A stretch of DNA of 64,000 bases, taken from Tubulanus polymorphus. Lineage: Eukaryota; Animalia; Nemertea. This document shows positions 13,004-27,500 of this stretch, one piece after another (positions within the stretch are counted from its first letter, which is position 1; every line of letters begins with the position of its first letter). The stretch is from positions 19,028,950 to 19,092,949 of the forward strand of contig NC_134029.1 in the NCBI RefSeq assembly GCF_964204645.1, in the 5' to 3' direction. Both the position numbers and the translations under genes were made by a program. The notes under the pieces were generated by a model, which saw only the letters and a list, made by a program, of their open reading frames with translations, made no database searches and was not told the origin of the DNA.

Positions 13004-14165
13004 TCGCAATTAATAAGTGCCTTCTGTGACTAGATCATGGTTAATAGGAACTGCGTTTGTTCGTCGGTGCTCTCTCTAACTCTGTGTTATATTAACAATG
13101 TGAAATCCAAGCAAGTCACCATCTGATGTTACGGCCGTTCTGCAGTCAGCCGTGATATCTACAGAATAACATTCGGCAAGCTATGAATGTCAACGAGGCA
13201 TTCGCTATAAGTCATATTGACTTTGAACTCTAAATGATGACATGTTGTTACCGCCTATTAATGACGATTGATGTCTTGATGGTTCCTTGTAATGTTACAA
13301 ATGATATAAAGTGTTCATTTTGATTTCATAGTTTCTACGCTTTCGATGAAGAATTCGAATTTTTTTCGTTACTGCCAACATGATGTGACATATGTAGTAG
13401 TTAAGTGTACTATGTATTGATAATTGGACTGTCAGTACGTATGGTGTACAGAGTGTATTTGTATGTTAGTTGTTACGCAGAAAATCCCAACGTTTTGTAA
13501 ATAGATGAGTAAAAAACATTTGTGATAACTTGGCGTACCTTAGCGCTTGCGATGTATCTGTGCACTCGTTATGTATCTATACAGAATTCGAATAAATGTA
13601 TAGCCCTGACAATTTGGACTGGACGGGTTGAATGAAAAATCAGGGTACTACGCAATATAATGATTCAATAACTGGATCTGGTTCCTCGGTTTGAGGGCTG
13701 AAATTTGACTCCACAGTAATAAACTACATAAGCTAGTTTCGTGGAACTGGCTTCCAGTCAGAGCATCGGAACTTCAGTTTATTCCCAGTAGGTTGTACCT
13801 AGCATGTAATTTTATATAAATGTTTATAAGCAATACAGTAACGATATCATGTGCGATGATTTTGCCGCAATTCATGAAGAGGGTTTTACAAGATATGTGG
13901 AAAACATGATAAGCCGGCTCATCCGTAATAGAAAGCGTTTGTTGGACACGATGATAGATGGCATTGCTATAGCTTAAGTAAAGTCACGCTTCACATTAAC
14001 GTTATTTTACACATGCAGGTTGTATTGTTAAGATGTGTACATAGAACAAATTGCGCAAGATTTTTAATATATGGATGTAATATTTCCGACTCGACAGTTG
14101 TTTTCTTGTTATTATGAAAATTGTTTTTAAAGAAAAGAATCAAATCGTAGATTATTGTTGGTGCT

Positions 14166-14203
<38 letters not shown>

Positions 14204-14232
14204 TTACTACTCTTCATACTACTAGACTACTA
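14166..14232. repeat. (ACT)n microsatellite in the RhoGAP 3' UTR
   Basis: About 12 perfect units followed by degenerate units. Confidence 0.95.
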
Positions 14233-15751
14233 TATTTCAGAACAAAAGCGTTATCTTTCGTGTGCCTGTGCTTGTTATTATTATCGAAGAAAATAATGTG
14301 CGTGAATATCGAATCGCGTAAAAGAGAAGAATTTGTTGAAATATAATACGATAAAGTTGTTATGTACAGTGGAAAAACTCGAAATGTTGTTGATAATCGA
14401 TTAGAATCACGGATGGATCACATTGTTCGATGTATATGTACCGGTACCTGAAGTACTGTCCACTACACTAATTATTTGATTACAATCATGATGAATTACA
14501 TCTCTAAAAAAATTGCGATGGTAATAGGTGTGGTAGTTACATCCGGGATTCAGTTTTAACTTGAAACTGTGGTTCATGGGGCTAATGCCCCGGCTTGGAT
14601 GTTAAAAACAAGTCTATTGTTGCGTTATAGCCACAAATAGACAATGATTTATTTAGGCTGTGCTGTAATAAATGAATGCAGTAGTCCAATTTGATTTTCG
14701 CTAACTCAACAAATTTCATCCTCTTTCAAACCTGATGACACCCATGGAGACTGCCATACCCTCTTTGGCTTGGTGCACAGCTATTCGCATGAATAACTCC
14801 GTTTGTTATGGTAGGGCGAGTCTCGGGACACCAACCCCGGTAGAGGAGGTACTAATCTCATTGAGTGGCTTCGAGCTGGTACATGAATTTTAGGAATATG
14901 ATGATATACTGTAATGAAATGTGTCATTCATTTGATAGACATTTTAATTGTTACATATACTACTATACTGTACTCTGTTTTCTGATGTGATCAGCGATGA
15001 TATTTTTAAATTGATTTTTGTGTAGTAAAAAATGGATTTTGTGAATAGTAACGTTTTACCTTGGTTTTACGTCGGTTAGTTTTATTCAGGGATATCCTGC
15101 CACCTGAAATGTTTCGATAAATCTATCCCCCCATTTCAAATGAATTCACAATGGAGAAGAATGGATTCGTTTAACTAAAAAGACTAATTGAACTGGTCAC
15201 TGGTCAACTTGAGAAAACATACAGCAGACCCTGCTTAACCACATACGGTGTTCTGAGTTTAGAATCTTAAAACTAAGGTTTTAAGTCCATGATCTGAGTT
15301 TTAATTGCCCCAGTTTTGAGTTGGACATAAATCGAAGGGCCTCACCTAAGGGTTGAGTCCTTATCAGATAAGCCATCACATTTTTTGAGTATATATTTCC
15401 GATTCAATCTAAAACGTGTAGGCCAAGGCTCCATTTGGATAAATAGTTGGTATTAATGATGGTCCAAGCTATGGACGACAACTGTACTAGACTTTAGTAG
15501 CATCATTTCAAGTAAAAATGCATCGAGTGACCTATACCATCTTACTCATTTAAGTAAGGGTGCCGTATTGTTTAGAGATTTTCATCTAATATTATGTTGA
15601 TTTCGTCTAGAAAAGATACTTATGAAATTAATCTACGAATTTGTGAAGAAATTGTTGTTATCCTTGTACTTATTGGTTTGTATATAAAATACTATCAAAA
15701 AGAAGGGCTTTATTATTATCATTAAAAGGTATATTTTTCCTTTATTCCGAA

Positions 15752-15757
15752 AATAAA
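15752..15757 (+). terminator. Candidate distal poly(A) signal of the RhoGAP gene (a proximal candidate lies at 13591-13596)
   Basis: AATAAA followed about 35 nt later by GU/U-rich gtgtatgttttctttctttt. The upstream region is TGT/T-rich like a 3' UTR. Confidence 0.45.
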
Positions 15758-17034
15758 TTGAACGGTAACTGAAATTAAGCCGAGGTACTTAGTGTATGTT
15801 TTCTTTCTTTTCAACAGCAATGAGCAGTCTGCCTTTTTTGGTGAAAAAATGTCCATTCACATGATAAGATGCTGAAGCCAAGGCTAAGGCTTACTCCGCA
15901 GCAATCATATCTCAAAGTATATCTGCTGTTGCAGACTTCTTTATATTCATAAGAGGTCACATGACCCACCCTGAGCTAGGCCTGGTGTTAAACCTGGCAA
16001 GGGGCTGACCCCTTGTATATCATAAAGGGGGAACTGAATGTCTTTCGTTACCAGTTTGCCCGATATTTATACATTGTTCGGCCATGAGAATTGGCATGTA
16101 CACAGAGGAATGGTTTCTTATGGCAATGATAACAATTTTATTTGGATCCAGGATCTAATTTCACCTGAATTTAAATCCCCAAAATCCCAGAAGTTGGCAG
16201 TAGATGGCGTGTCATAGGCGTAGGCCTACTGTGTTATTCAATACTTGCATAGAATACAATGTGTAAACATATATACAATCTACACAGGCCTAGCAAAGCC
16301 AGAAAGGCCACTTAACACTAGCACCCATCTGTCTGTTACTGCAGCATTGTGGGGTGTTTGACCCAATTTTCACCCTATGAGATTATCACAATAACAGAAT
16401 TTCACTGAGCTAATTGTATCCCTATACAGAGCCCAGCCACTGTCAGTAGTAATTCAGTTCAGGATGAACAAATATTTATTGTGAGGCATAAGTAAGCATC
16501 CAGGAATAGAGGGGCGTGTCAAGAAAGGGTTTGACATTCCCCAGGCTACTTGGAGGAAATGTTACTTGAATTTTAATTGGAAAGGTCAATCGGGATTAAT
16601 TAGGCTGCCATTTAAGGAGCCGCGCATAACTTTCCAACCCATCGAGGATTGGTATTTTTACTAGTTCATCAATAAACTTGTATCATATTTGCTATCAGTA
16701 GTCAACACCCATGCGCCACCTATCCGCATTGGCGGTCATTATCATTGTAGCCGACGCTCTAGGGTTAATAGGATTATCAGTTCAAAGAAATTCCGCTAGG
16801 GGACTGTATGGTGCTGCCACCTATATTGCAAGCTTAGAATCAAATGCGGTACAATGACTTTTGGCTAGCTTCGCTGCAATTTCAAGTTGTAGATATAATT
16901 TGATACACTTGTGTGGGACGTACAATGTGTTGCCTTGATCTCTGCATTCTATCTCCCAGATGACTTGGCTATCCTATTCCTCTCCAGTAATAAACAAGAA
17001 ATAAGCAAGCGCATAAAGTTTTTAATTGTTCATA

Positions 17035-17040
17035 TTTATT
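17035..17040 (-). terminator. Candidate distal poly(A) signal of ELL
   Basis: AATAAA on the minus strand, preceded by TGTA and followed by U-rich cttgcttatttcttgtttatt. Confidence 0.45.
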
Positions 17041-17849
17041 TCATACAAGCTGCATCAACCAAAAAACACATTCACTTTATGTTTCTTGGACCACCCAATT
17101 CAACACTTGACCAACTTATATAACATTCTTTTGTCGAGATTCTACAATGCGGAATCAATCTGACAGACCGTAACCTCTTCAATTGTTTAAAAATTTCTGA
17201 TTAAGATGTAACCAATTTAGAGGCAACAGACACTAAATCAATGATCCATTCCACAATTATATAGCTCACAAAGCGAGATGTTTTCCACTTTTCAGTAAAT
17301 AAATTTAATCATTTACAACATGTTATTTTTCAAACATACAATATGAGACCAATATTAATTGCAGAATCTAGGTTAGATGGTTTGTTAGTCACAGCAAAAA
17401 TAAGAAGTGTTGTTGTTGGGAACATGAGAAATCTTGACAGCACTTCGTACACTCACTCAGTGGTCAGAAAGCATATAAGTTCTGCTGTCAATCATGAGAC
17501 AGTGACCGATGCGACATTTGCACGGAGAAATAAAACTAGTTACAAATAAATTAATTCTGGAACATCCTGTTTAAGTGATACTGATCAGTTGATAAAAATG
17601 CACAGAACCGATTACAACCGACATCAAAATGGGGACTTGTACGTATCTTATGCCGTATTGAAACCCTGTTAAATGCCAAATCTGACATGAATGTGATCTG
17701 CCAGCCTGGAACCATCGACGTTTTGAATGCCGTGATAAATTAATCCCGTGGCTTAGGTCAATTTCGTTTTCTTCAATAAAAATATCCTAGGTTAAGCTCT
17801 AACCAAGGCACAGGTGAAGCATGGATGATAAAAAATTGGAAAATGATTA

Positions 17850-18023
17850 CAATGGAACCTCGTTACAACAAACTTCATGGGACCAGAAAAACTGTTCGTT
17901 ATAACCGATAGTTCATTATATCCAGTATTAAATTAGTCAAATTGTCTTACTCAGGACGAAATTTTATATTTGTTATATCCGATGAATCGTTGTATCTGAG
18001 TTCGTTATAACGAGGTTCCGCTG
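17850..18023. mobile_element. Tc1/mariner-pogo (Tigger-like) MITE
   Basis: TA|CAATGGAACCTCGTTACAAC ... GTTATAACGAGGTTCCGCTG|TA. Confidence 0.8.
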
Positions 18024-21000
18024 TATCAAGCACAGAGTATTGAATCTTTGGATCAAGGCTTCAGATATTGAAACCCCACTCGCATTAAGTGGGTTCCATA
18101 TGAACAAATTTTGGCTACAATAGTACAAGGTAATTTAACACCATCTTGTAATGCGGCTGCATGGGAGAAAATTTTGATTCAGTTATATTCTGCTGAGGGC
18201 ACAGTTAACTATGTATACATGTATATCATTATCGACAATTCCTTTTTTACATCCTTTTTTCTTCAATCTATATACTGCAGGATGGAGAATATCGTTGATA
18301 TTTTACCCATCAATGCGAGATACAACATGTACATTCATAGTTAACCGTCATAAAAGAGACAGGGACTCTATACACGTCTCGAGCGCGCAGAACAATCAGG
18401 CTTTTGATGCTTCGATATAATTAGGCTAAAAGAAAAGGTCGAGACAGTTTGATATCAGCGGGAAAATCTTTTGCAACACGTCGCAATATATTAAAATTTA
18501 TTTTCGGAATAAAATTTCACCGACCGTTTCCACGCGAGACTTTAACTAACCCAGGCTAAGCCTGTTTTACCGGCTGGACAGACCGAACTTAAGATCTAGA
18601 TTATCTACGGAATAAAGCATCGACCGTGGAACTGGGCCCAGTAACGGGCTCAATCGTTGCAGACGTACCCAATGGTACATTCATTATCTCTTCGCAACGA
18701 CAACAATTAATCTATAATCAATCTATGCATCACGAATCGCCTTTTCTTATGTACAAAGGTGTCACTTTTTTTTTCATTAGCGAAGTTACAATAAATTAAA
18801 GAATACATCGAAGAAAAAATACAATATATATCGCTTCATATGATACAATATCTGATATACACGTATTCACAAAGAAATAACCACTTCACTCGATCATATA
18901 GGCCTACTTACAAAGTAGGGCATATAATCTTTTTTGATATTCGGTTAAAATATACATTTTTTTTTGGTTTTACAGTTCCACATTTTCCGTCCGCTCATAC
19001 GCTAGGAAAAGAACGAAACAACACCTCTAGCAAGGCAAGTCTCAATCACAAGGTTTCCAGATCGTAAGATCTTACGCACGAGTAATACGGTTCATTACCG
19101 TGGTTATATAGAGATAGAGGGGAAAAGATAAAGGTTTGCACCCAAATCAGAGGACATATCGCGCCATTCCTACTCCTCTAACTAACACCAGGACCCGGTT
19201 CGACAGTTGTGAGTTAAACAGTTTTTTTTTCAATGAGTTAAATCTTAACTCCCAACTGTGGTTCAGCATCCAATTGTTACCTTTCAAAACTAGCTGCATG
19301 AAATAAACTATCGCTTTGAGCTTCTCCGCTTTTGCCAAACATTCGCAAAATTTGAAAGGATTAATCTTAGAATATCGGGCTATACCAAAAAGGTTGAAAT
19401 ATCACTCCAACAGGGCATGTCGGAAATCGGGAACTTCGAAGAATTGCATTCTACCGGTATCAAAGAGAGCCTCGCAATTTCCATGACTTTTAGTTCTGAC
19501 TTTGGAAGGCCAGTACTAAAATTGTATGCAACATAATGTTTATATTATTATCTAGAATATAATGATATTTTGGAGTGCTTTTGAAAACGTACACCAGTAA
19601 TATTGATTTTGAAACTAACGCCCTACGGCTGTCAACATCATTCGTCTAAAAATGACTCCTTCGTACGATCTCGGTAGCGCGTTTCAAGTCGGCATGAAAT
19701 ACCGTTTTGAACGCGCTACAAACCCGAACAAAGAGCTGAAATTCAATCATTCAGTCAGTCAGTCGCAAACATGAAACGTAATTTTAGTGGAAAATGCAAC
19801 GATTTCTAAAAATCAATGACCATAATATCGATGAACGTGAAAGGAGCTTTGGAATTAGCTGTTGACTTGATGTCGAGAGTGATGAAATGATTTAATATGT
19901 ACATTTAATACATAGCCCTCTCAAAGATATAGCCCTTGATCACGTGAGTTTCATGCAGCTACTTCCACGATTGCGTACAACTACAAAATAAGATTTTCTT
20001 TCATCATCCGTTCCGAAAAAATGCATCGTCTCGGCGAGAATTAAAAGCGCACGCATTTTCTAAAGCAAGCGCTTGTATCGATCGGAGACCTCGGTTTGCT
20101 GAATAGCTGTGCAATAATCCGTGATTTAATAGTTCGGTAATTTAAAAATAATTTATATATTCTCCACACACACACACACCGCTGGCCCGGAGCAAACATT
20201 GCACCCTCGAAAATATTTCAACACGAACAAATTGCATACACATGCTGTTTTATCTGAAGTTCAATCCCGAAGGGTTGACGTGATTACTTTTTTTTAAGAG
20301 CGAAGTTAACGGTAGATGAAATAGATTCGTCAGTTGCTATTCGACCCCAAGGGCAATCGACAGAACAGGCAGGGTGTGTCGAAATACCGGCGCACAATGT
20401 TGTCTACGAAAAGTTTGCTGACACCAGCAACAAACATCGTGAACTATGAAATTATCGCGTACTCGAATCGATAACGACCAACGCAGAAATTTCGAAACAT
20501 ATTTCAATAACAGACTCGGTTGAATTTGAAGTGGTTTAAGTCGATGAAAACAAAATGTGAACTCATTCAAGTTGTTACATCACCGAGGCAAGAGGAGCTT
20601 ATTTCAAAATGAATTAGAGCAGAAACTATTTCGAAGATGTAATGTTCATTGCCCAGAGTGAATTGAAAGTTAACTCTCGATTTCAAACTATTCGATTATC
20701 AAACCCAGTTCCATAGTTCTCCATTTTTTAACTGTTGAGCGAAATATCAACTGTGGGACTGCAACTGGGTCTGTATACCACCAATGTTGATTAAGCGTGG
20801 AGATTTTTGTACCGGCGATCTAAAGCAATTGAACAAACCATTGAGGTAAAAATATTTCATCATTTGTCTAAAGGTGGCAGCACTAATGAAAAACGGGTTC
20901 AGAAAAAAAATTATTCAGCGCATCGCCATAGGTGAGGGAAACAAAATAATAACAACCTGACCATCTGTTCGAGAGATTCAAAGATCACGCCAGGCTCAAG

Positions 21001-24000
21001 ATCTACGGCCGACGCCGACCTTGATGTTCTACTTCGGGGGAAGTTCTCATACATCGTTCAGATCTCAATTTGAGACGGTATTAATTTTGCAAGTGGAGAC
21101 AACGACGAACAAAGCGCAATTTGATCACACATTCGAGAAACGAAAGGAGACTCCGACTCCCACCCGCGCGCACTTCTGAGATTATTACTTTTCGTGACAA
21201 CGTCTAGAGGACAATTATTATTGCTCGAAGAAAAATAGGCTTTGGCAAATCGGATACATACTTAACAAAAGTGCGGGAGTGTCGTCAAGTTGAGACATTA
21301 AATAATAGATTATTGCTTAAAAGTATTGAACATAATCGAATACATATACTGGCGCGGATATATTTTTTTTGACAGACGTTTTTCTTACCCATCAGTAGCT
21401 GCCACCAATAGGTCAAGAAATCATAGCGATTCATTATTTTACGGGTAAATGCTCTTTTCTCGTCGCGAGGCTTTGTGGGGATACAGAAAGGGCTGAACGC
21501 TTTTAGCCCGACAATCACCGGTAGCCCTAATACCCTCAATCTTCACGCGCACTGCGTCTTATAGACAAACTAACGTTATTTTTTCTCTATAAAGCCACAC
21601 ACACACACGCGCGCGAAAGGCATAATAAATTAAATAAATACATATATAATACTCTTTTATAATTTCTTCTCTTATTACTGCTGAAGTAAACGTCTGCCTA
21701 TAAGTAACTGAAAGCTTGGCGGTGTTTGCCGGGAGTAAAAAGCGTTCTATGAACGCCTGCATTTTTTTTCACATCTGTAACAAAATGAACAAATAAAAAC
21801 ATTTCAAACAATTCTAACTCTCAAATAATAATCATCGTCCGTTTTTCCGTAAATACAAGGTCAATCGTCAATTTCTTATCATTTTTCTTTTCGGTTTTCC
21901 ATTTGCGGGCACCCCGGCCAGGCATATAGCGTCCACATAATCAATTAACTAGTATGCGAGAAATTCACAAAATCATTTCATACCATCAACGCATTTAACA
22001 AATCACGATTAAACTCAAATATATAATCAGAACTCTTTATAATAATTTCACTTTTGTCGGAAGTCGAAACTTCAACTAAAAAGCATGAATGGAAAAACAT
22101 GCCCGTCATTTATCATTATCATCATTAGTAACATAAGCACACACGATTTGAGGCCTTTTTTTTACTGGACAGAAAGGAATGGCTCGGCAAAAATATCAAA
22201 CGTGACCATTTTTAAGAATGTATAGCAGTAATTCGACAAATATCACGTAAAAAACCATATGGCCATCGGGATATACGCCACAAACCCACACAAAACAACA
22301 CTTAACAGTTTATGTGAAATTTCGTAAATTAAGTCCAACCCGCTTAATCTGAAATTAGCTTAATCCGAATTTTGGTCTAATCCGGACAATATTTGCATTC
22401 CATATAGTACTTAAAATACAAGAAAATTACTTTTAATCAGGATTTCCCTTAAACCGGATAAATTTCGTTGGTTCCAAATGGTCAGAATTAAGCGGATTCT
22501 ACTGTAACTAATGCGGAATAAACTAAGGTCAGTTGCTCAAAAGTTAGAGTAAACAGATATCATACAAACGTTTTGGCTCCAAGCAACCGTTCGAATGGAT
22601 GCCGTTAAATGGGCCCCGAGCCAAATTTTAGCCCGGTTTCAATTATTGCACTATGGCATTCGTGAGCTAACTTTCGAGCAACTGGCAACTACAAAACACT
22701 TACTACTACGTACAATATGCAACATGCTCCGATTCATCAGAGTGTTTTGATCAGACCGATTCATCAAATTGCATACATTTTTTCTCCCACCCTAACCAAC
22801 CAGGAATAAGTAGGCTATATGATTCTAAAAAGAAAAATATTCTATAATTTCGGCCGCCATATACAATTCAAGCTATAACTTGTATTAACTTTTTAAATAC
22901 TATTCAAAACGACAACATTTTTCATGAGAGCACATCAAATATAATTGGATTTTGATTTTTAAAGCTTCATTATTGAAATCATCAATTTCTTGAGAAGGTG
23001 GAGACATTTTTTTTCAAAACCCGCACTTCGTAGTACAACATCACAGAACATTCACCGCCATAAGTAGTACGCATCACCTCATTAGAAATATATACCTATG
23101 GTTTCCAAAGAAATTTCATCTTATTATTGTATTAACAAATCTCTGATGATCAGTAAGAAAGGGTTATTCACAAGTATGTAGGCAACTTTGGGGGAAGGGG
23201 GTGTGTTTTCGAGATGTCATTTTTTTCCCAATGCATAATAACCATAACACTTAAAACGCATACCGGTATATATTAAGTAAAGGTAACAAGTTTGGAAAAC
23301 ATTTCTATCATGTACTTTATGAACAGCACACAGCAGAGACCATCCTCCCCCAGCAAGGATTCGAAACCTGATGGCATCAACACCTGCCACAGTAAGAAAC
23401 CATGCCACACTAGCGCAAGTACGGAATCAGAAATCCTGTTCTATTTTAGCCCAGGCTTTTCCATTTGTAGTTTATCCATGAAATTTGCCTCAGCAATCAT
23501 ACGACGAGTAATCTGATCGGTGCTGCAAGTTTTCTGGCTGCAAACCTGCGCACCCGGTCTAGTGTGGCAGGGTTTCATGCCGAGGCCGAGTCCAGTGATG
23601 CCGTCAGATCAGGTTCGAATCCCTGCCGGGGGGGGGACGAGAGTAGACGAAAGAAATAATGGCTTTCTATAGCATCAGAAATTCTTTGGAATGATAGGTT
23701 CTGATGGAAGACTCGAATATAATACCCATAATTAACTGAACCATTTACGAAAAAGCTCTAGGCAGGGATTGCTAGCGATAACGATAAATCTTGAATTCGA
23801 ATAAACTAAACCAATTCTAAATTTTAAAACTTTTTTGTGTCGGAAATGACATCCTTCTACGAATTATATTTTCATTTCGTTAATTTTTGCTTTTTAAATT
23901 TTTTTTTCTCATTTAAGTATCAAGAATTAAACAGAAACAAACAAACGAACAAAACATGCACACGTATTATAAACATCCACCACATTATTTCAGTATTAAT

Positions 24001-24202
24001 AGACATAAAATGCATATAATTAATACGCATCGATTTTTTTGTTTGTTTTCTTTTCGACCGACCACTTGCGTTAAATTCACGATCACGCTCTACTCTCTCG
24101 TAAACACATACAAACCCGAGACCCACTCTTCCTCTGAACTATCACAGTTTTATATAATGGAAGCGAATCAAAACTGGTCGGACTCTCAACGATATCGTCA
24201 TT

Positions 24203-24472
24203 AGCCGCGATCACACGAGCCCGGAACAACTGTTCACACGGATGCCAAATTGGGCTGCGCCTATTCAGCCCGGACCAAATTTGGCCCGAACAAAAACGTC
24301 GGACCAGGACCGAGCCGAACTATAGCACAGGTCGAATCATTGTGCTTGAATTGCAACTGGTTCTGGAAGCGACTCACTTTGCGCTTTGTTTAAGCATTGT
24401 TTAGTATCGAGTGAGTGGTTTACGTGTGATTAATTAGGCACAGGCCGAATTTGACTCCGTGTGATCGTGGCT
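24203..24472. mobile_element. About 270-320-bp dispersed MITE family (TIR AGCCGCGATCACACG), copy in the ELL 3' UTR
   Basis: TIRs present. The internal GCAACTGG..GGAAG.GACTCAC...GAGTGAGTGGTTTACGTGTG...AATTAGGCAC.GGCC is shared with copies at 1-245, 5614-5903, 31105-31330, 45268-45558 and 46832-47154. Confidence 0.8.
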
Positions 24473-24589
24473 ATCATCTTATCGGCTATCAGCTAAACCG
24501 CGCATATACTCGTAATACCTATACAAAAACAGGGGGTGCCCGCAAATGGAATATTGCTAAATACTACCCTAATCTAAGCTGAAGAAATG

Positions 24590-27500
24590 CTAAGACGTGT
24601 GCAACTGGTCGTATTCTAAGATCTTTCGTTTGACGTGAGCTAATTTGTTATGCAGATATTCGAAGCGCTTCTTTTGTTCAACGAACTTCGGATCAGCTTT
24701 GATATTCTTGTATTCAGTGAGTATCTTGTTTTTGATATTCTGAAAAAAAAAAATGCGAATGGTAGAGATTCAATATGAACTAGCATCGTGTACTACTTGG
24801 GCTAGCTTTTATTTGCTGAAACGAGTTGACCTATTATTTTCAGCTAAACCAGGGGCCAGTTCATTAAAAATTAGCTAGAAGATACCGGTGAATCAATACC
24901 ATAGTAACAATGGACTTTTAATTGTCATTACATCAACTATCCACTGGCCAACTAACTCTAACCAACAGCAGCGCCTGGTTTAATCAAATATTGTGGGTTA
25001 ACTCAATTCATAGCCAATGTAGTTGAGTTAAAATCCACTCAAAAGTTTATCTAACATTAACGAACAATCCCTACCTACCATATACATGTATACTGCTGTA
25101 ATGTATACATTGCAAAAATGCCAACATTCCAGAATCAGGGAATAGTTTCAAGGATTTCAGTTATTTTCATCAGGTTGAAAAAATCGACTTTCATTTTCAA
25201 CATCGAATGAAAGAGGGATAGCATAACTAGCATAACTAGGATAGGGATAACTATTTTTGACTTGGAACTATCCCGGAATGGTAGGCAGTTTCGCAAATTA
25301 GGGAAGGGGGTGATATGCATTAGGATGTAACTTTTTGTCCAAGAGACAAATAAGCAACTACCCAGTAAAAAGACATCGCCATACTGACCATTCATTTCAC
25401 TGTCCATCTGATTGACAGCCACTGAACTCACCTCATGATCAGTAGTGCCCTCTTGAGTTTTGCGTAAACTTTGTTCCAGCTCAGAGAAACGCTTTGAGAC
25501 TTTATCGACGTTCGCGTGCAGTTTCCTGTACTCGTCGTACTGAGAGTTAAATACAGTCTTATATTTTTGCCTTTGCTCATTCGAAGTGATCACAGTGTAT
25601 TGACTGCAAAAAGGAAAAATACGCGTGAAAAAACTTAATACAAAATACAAATCTTTTGACTGATATAGAATAAATAGATGTTTTGATCATGCTTACTATT
25701 GATATATACAGTAAACCTGGCTTAACTCAGACATTGCTGACTCGAGATAAAAACGAGATCATTTTCTCGCTACCAAACATATTTTTCGATCCTAAACTTG
25801 GACTTTCGCTCAAATCGGACCTAGGAGTTGAACAAGGTTTACTGTACGTATGAAATAGTTTCTCATAAATCGTGAATGAACGCGACGTGGGCCTCGTCAG
25901 AAACACGGTAGTTCAGCTAACAGTTAGGTAATATAGTATCCTGTTTAAACCAGATTATTTGGGCCCAATGAAATTAATACGGCTCGTGAAAATGAACATA
26001 TACATCATATGCATTTATGTATGGGTAGATTGTGAATGAATATAAAATCCACATCAAGTCGACCATAGTATGGCCAATATTAAGAAGAGTTCTTCCACTC
26101 GAAAAATGAGACCAGGAAACTAGAAATCTGTTGGTTTAAAGTCTACGTAATCTATACACACGACACACGGAAATTCATCAATTATATAACATGCCCACGC
26201 CGAGAGGATAAAAGCTATTTAATGACTTGAAATTCGAAAGCATGATCAACAAGTCGAGCTTTCAATGATCAATCGATCATTACGCCGATAAGATCACGAA
26301 GTCGACATATTTCATCGAAGTTCCATCGATGTAATCGTCGCTGACATTTACTTCCTTGAAATTTGTGCTATTAGAGCATGTTTTCCAGATATCAACATGA
26401 TCATACCTCTAATTTGACAAGAATATGATGATCATTTCTTAGCAAATCATATTTGTCTCACGAACTAGATGGCTGACTTTTGGATTAACACTCAGTGCTG
26501 ATCAGTGCTGATCAAAATTTAATTTGAAAATTTCAAAAAAATTCCAACCAAGTGTGTTGTACAATGGGAACATTGCTTTAGTATATCTACACCGTGGTGC
26601 GGTGTATTGTTAGTTGCTACTATTTCACCATTTGACAGGTGCTGCCATCTTTCAATGGAGATAAAAACTAATTTCTTATCACATCAATACACCCAAATGC
26701 AGTGTATTAGCAAAGTCCATAACTGATTTATATACACCGAAAGTGTTAAAGGAAAAGTGAATCTCTCCAATGGGCTGCTCCACCTTAATTAATGACAGAC
26801 AGAGCCCGATAATGGGCGAGATATTTAAACAGATATATCAAAACTTACTTAACGTAGTCGGGAGTATCTGACGTCGAGCTCGCCATTTCCGGTGGACTGA
26901 CACCGCCGCGTTGGTTCTCTTTACGCGACTGAGTCGAATCGGCGTCCTGGATGATGGCATTCTGGTTACTCTTGTCGGATAGACGCGGTTTCTTATTGCT
27001 TACAGGCGGTGGTTTAGCGTCGTCGGTCGTCGACTGGTGTGGCCGCTTTTGAGATTGATGATGTTGTTGTTGTTGTTGTTGTTGATGAGACGCGAGTACC
27101 GGACTGTTCTGCTGACTGCCCAAACTACTGAGCGGAGAAACACCCGAGGTCGGAGGCGATGGCGTGCCACTCGGCTCGCGCGGAAGACGTCTACAACGAA
27201 AAGAAACGATTATTGTCAAAAATTCTTCGAATTCAAACGATCTCATATAATTTTGGCAGAGCATCCAGAACCCACCGGGAACGCTGGTGTCCAGTAGGAC
27301 ACTAACAATAGAGGCAATAGACAGGGTTCGTACAGATCAGGGAAAACAGGGAAAATCAGGTAATTTCAGAATTAAAACGCAACTGTCAAAATCGTCACGA
27401 TTAAATGATTTTATTTACATGATTCACGTTTAAATCGACTCATCTCTTCAGAGTCCTTATCAAGGAATGAAATGAAATACAAACTTATGCATAGTATTCT

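Noticed and set aside
14114-14346. Poly-Leu and poly-Thr ORFs
   Set aside because: They are products of the (ACT)n microsatellite in the 3' UTR.
15810-15960. Acceptor-like site followed by peptide-like DAEAKAKAYSAAIISQSISAVADFFIFIR
   Set aside because: Stops occur in all frames shortly after the AG and no family is recognisable. The pyrimidine tract is better explained as a poly(A) downstream element.
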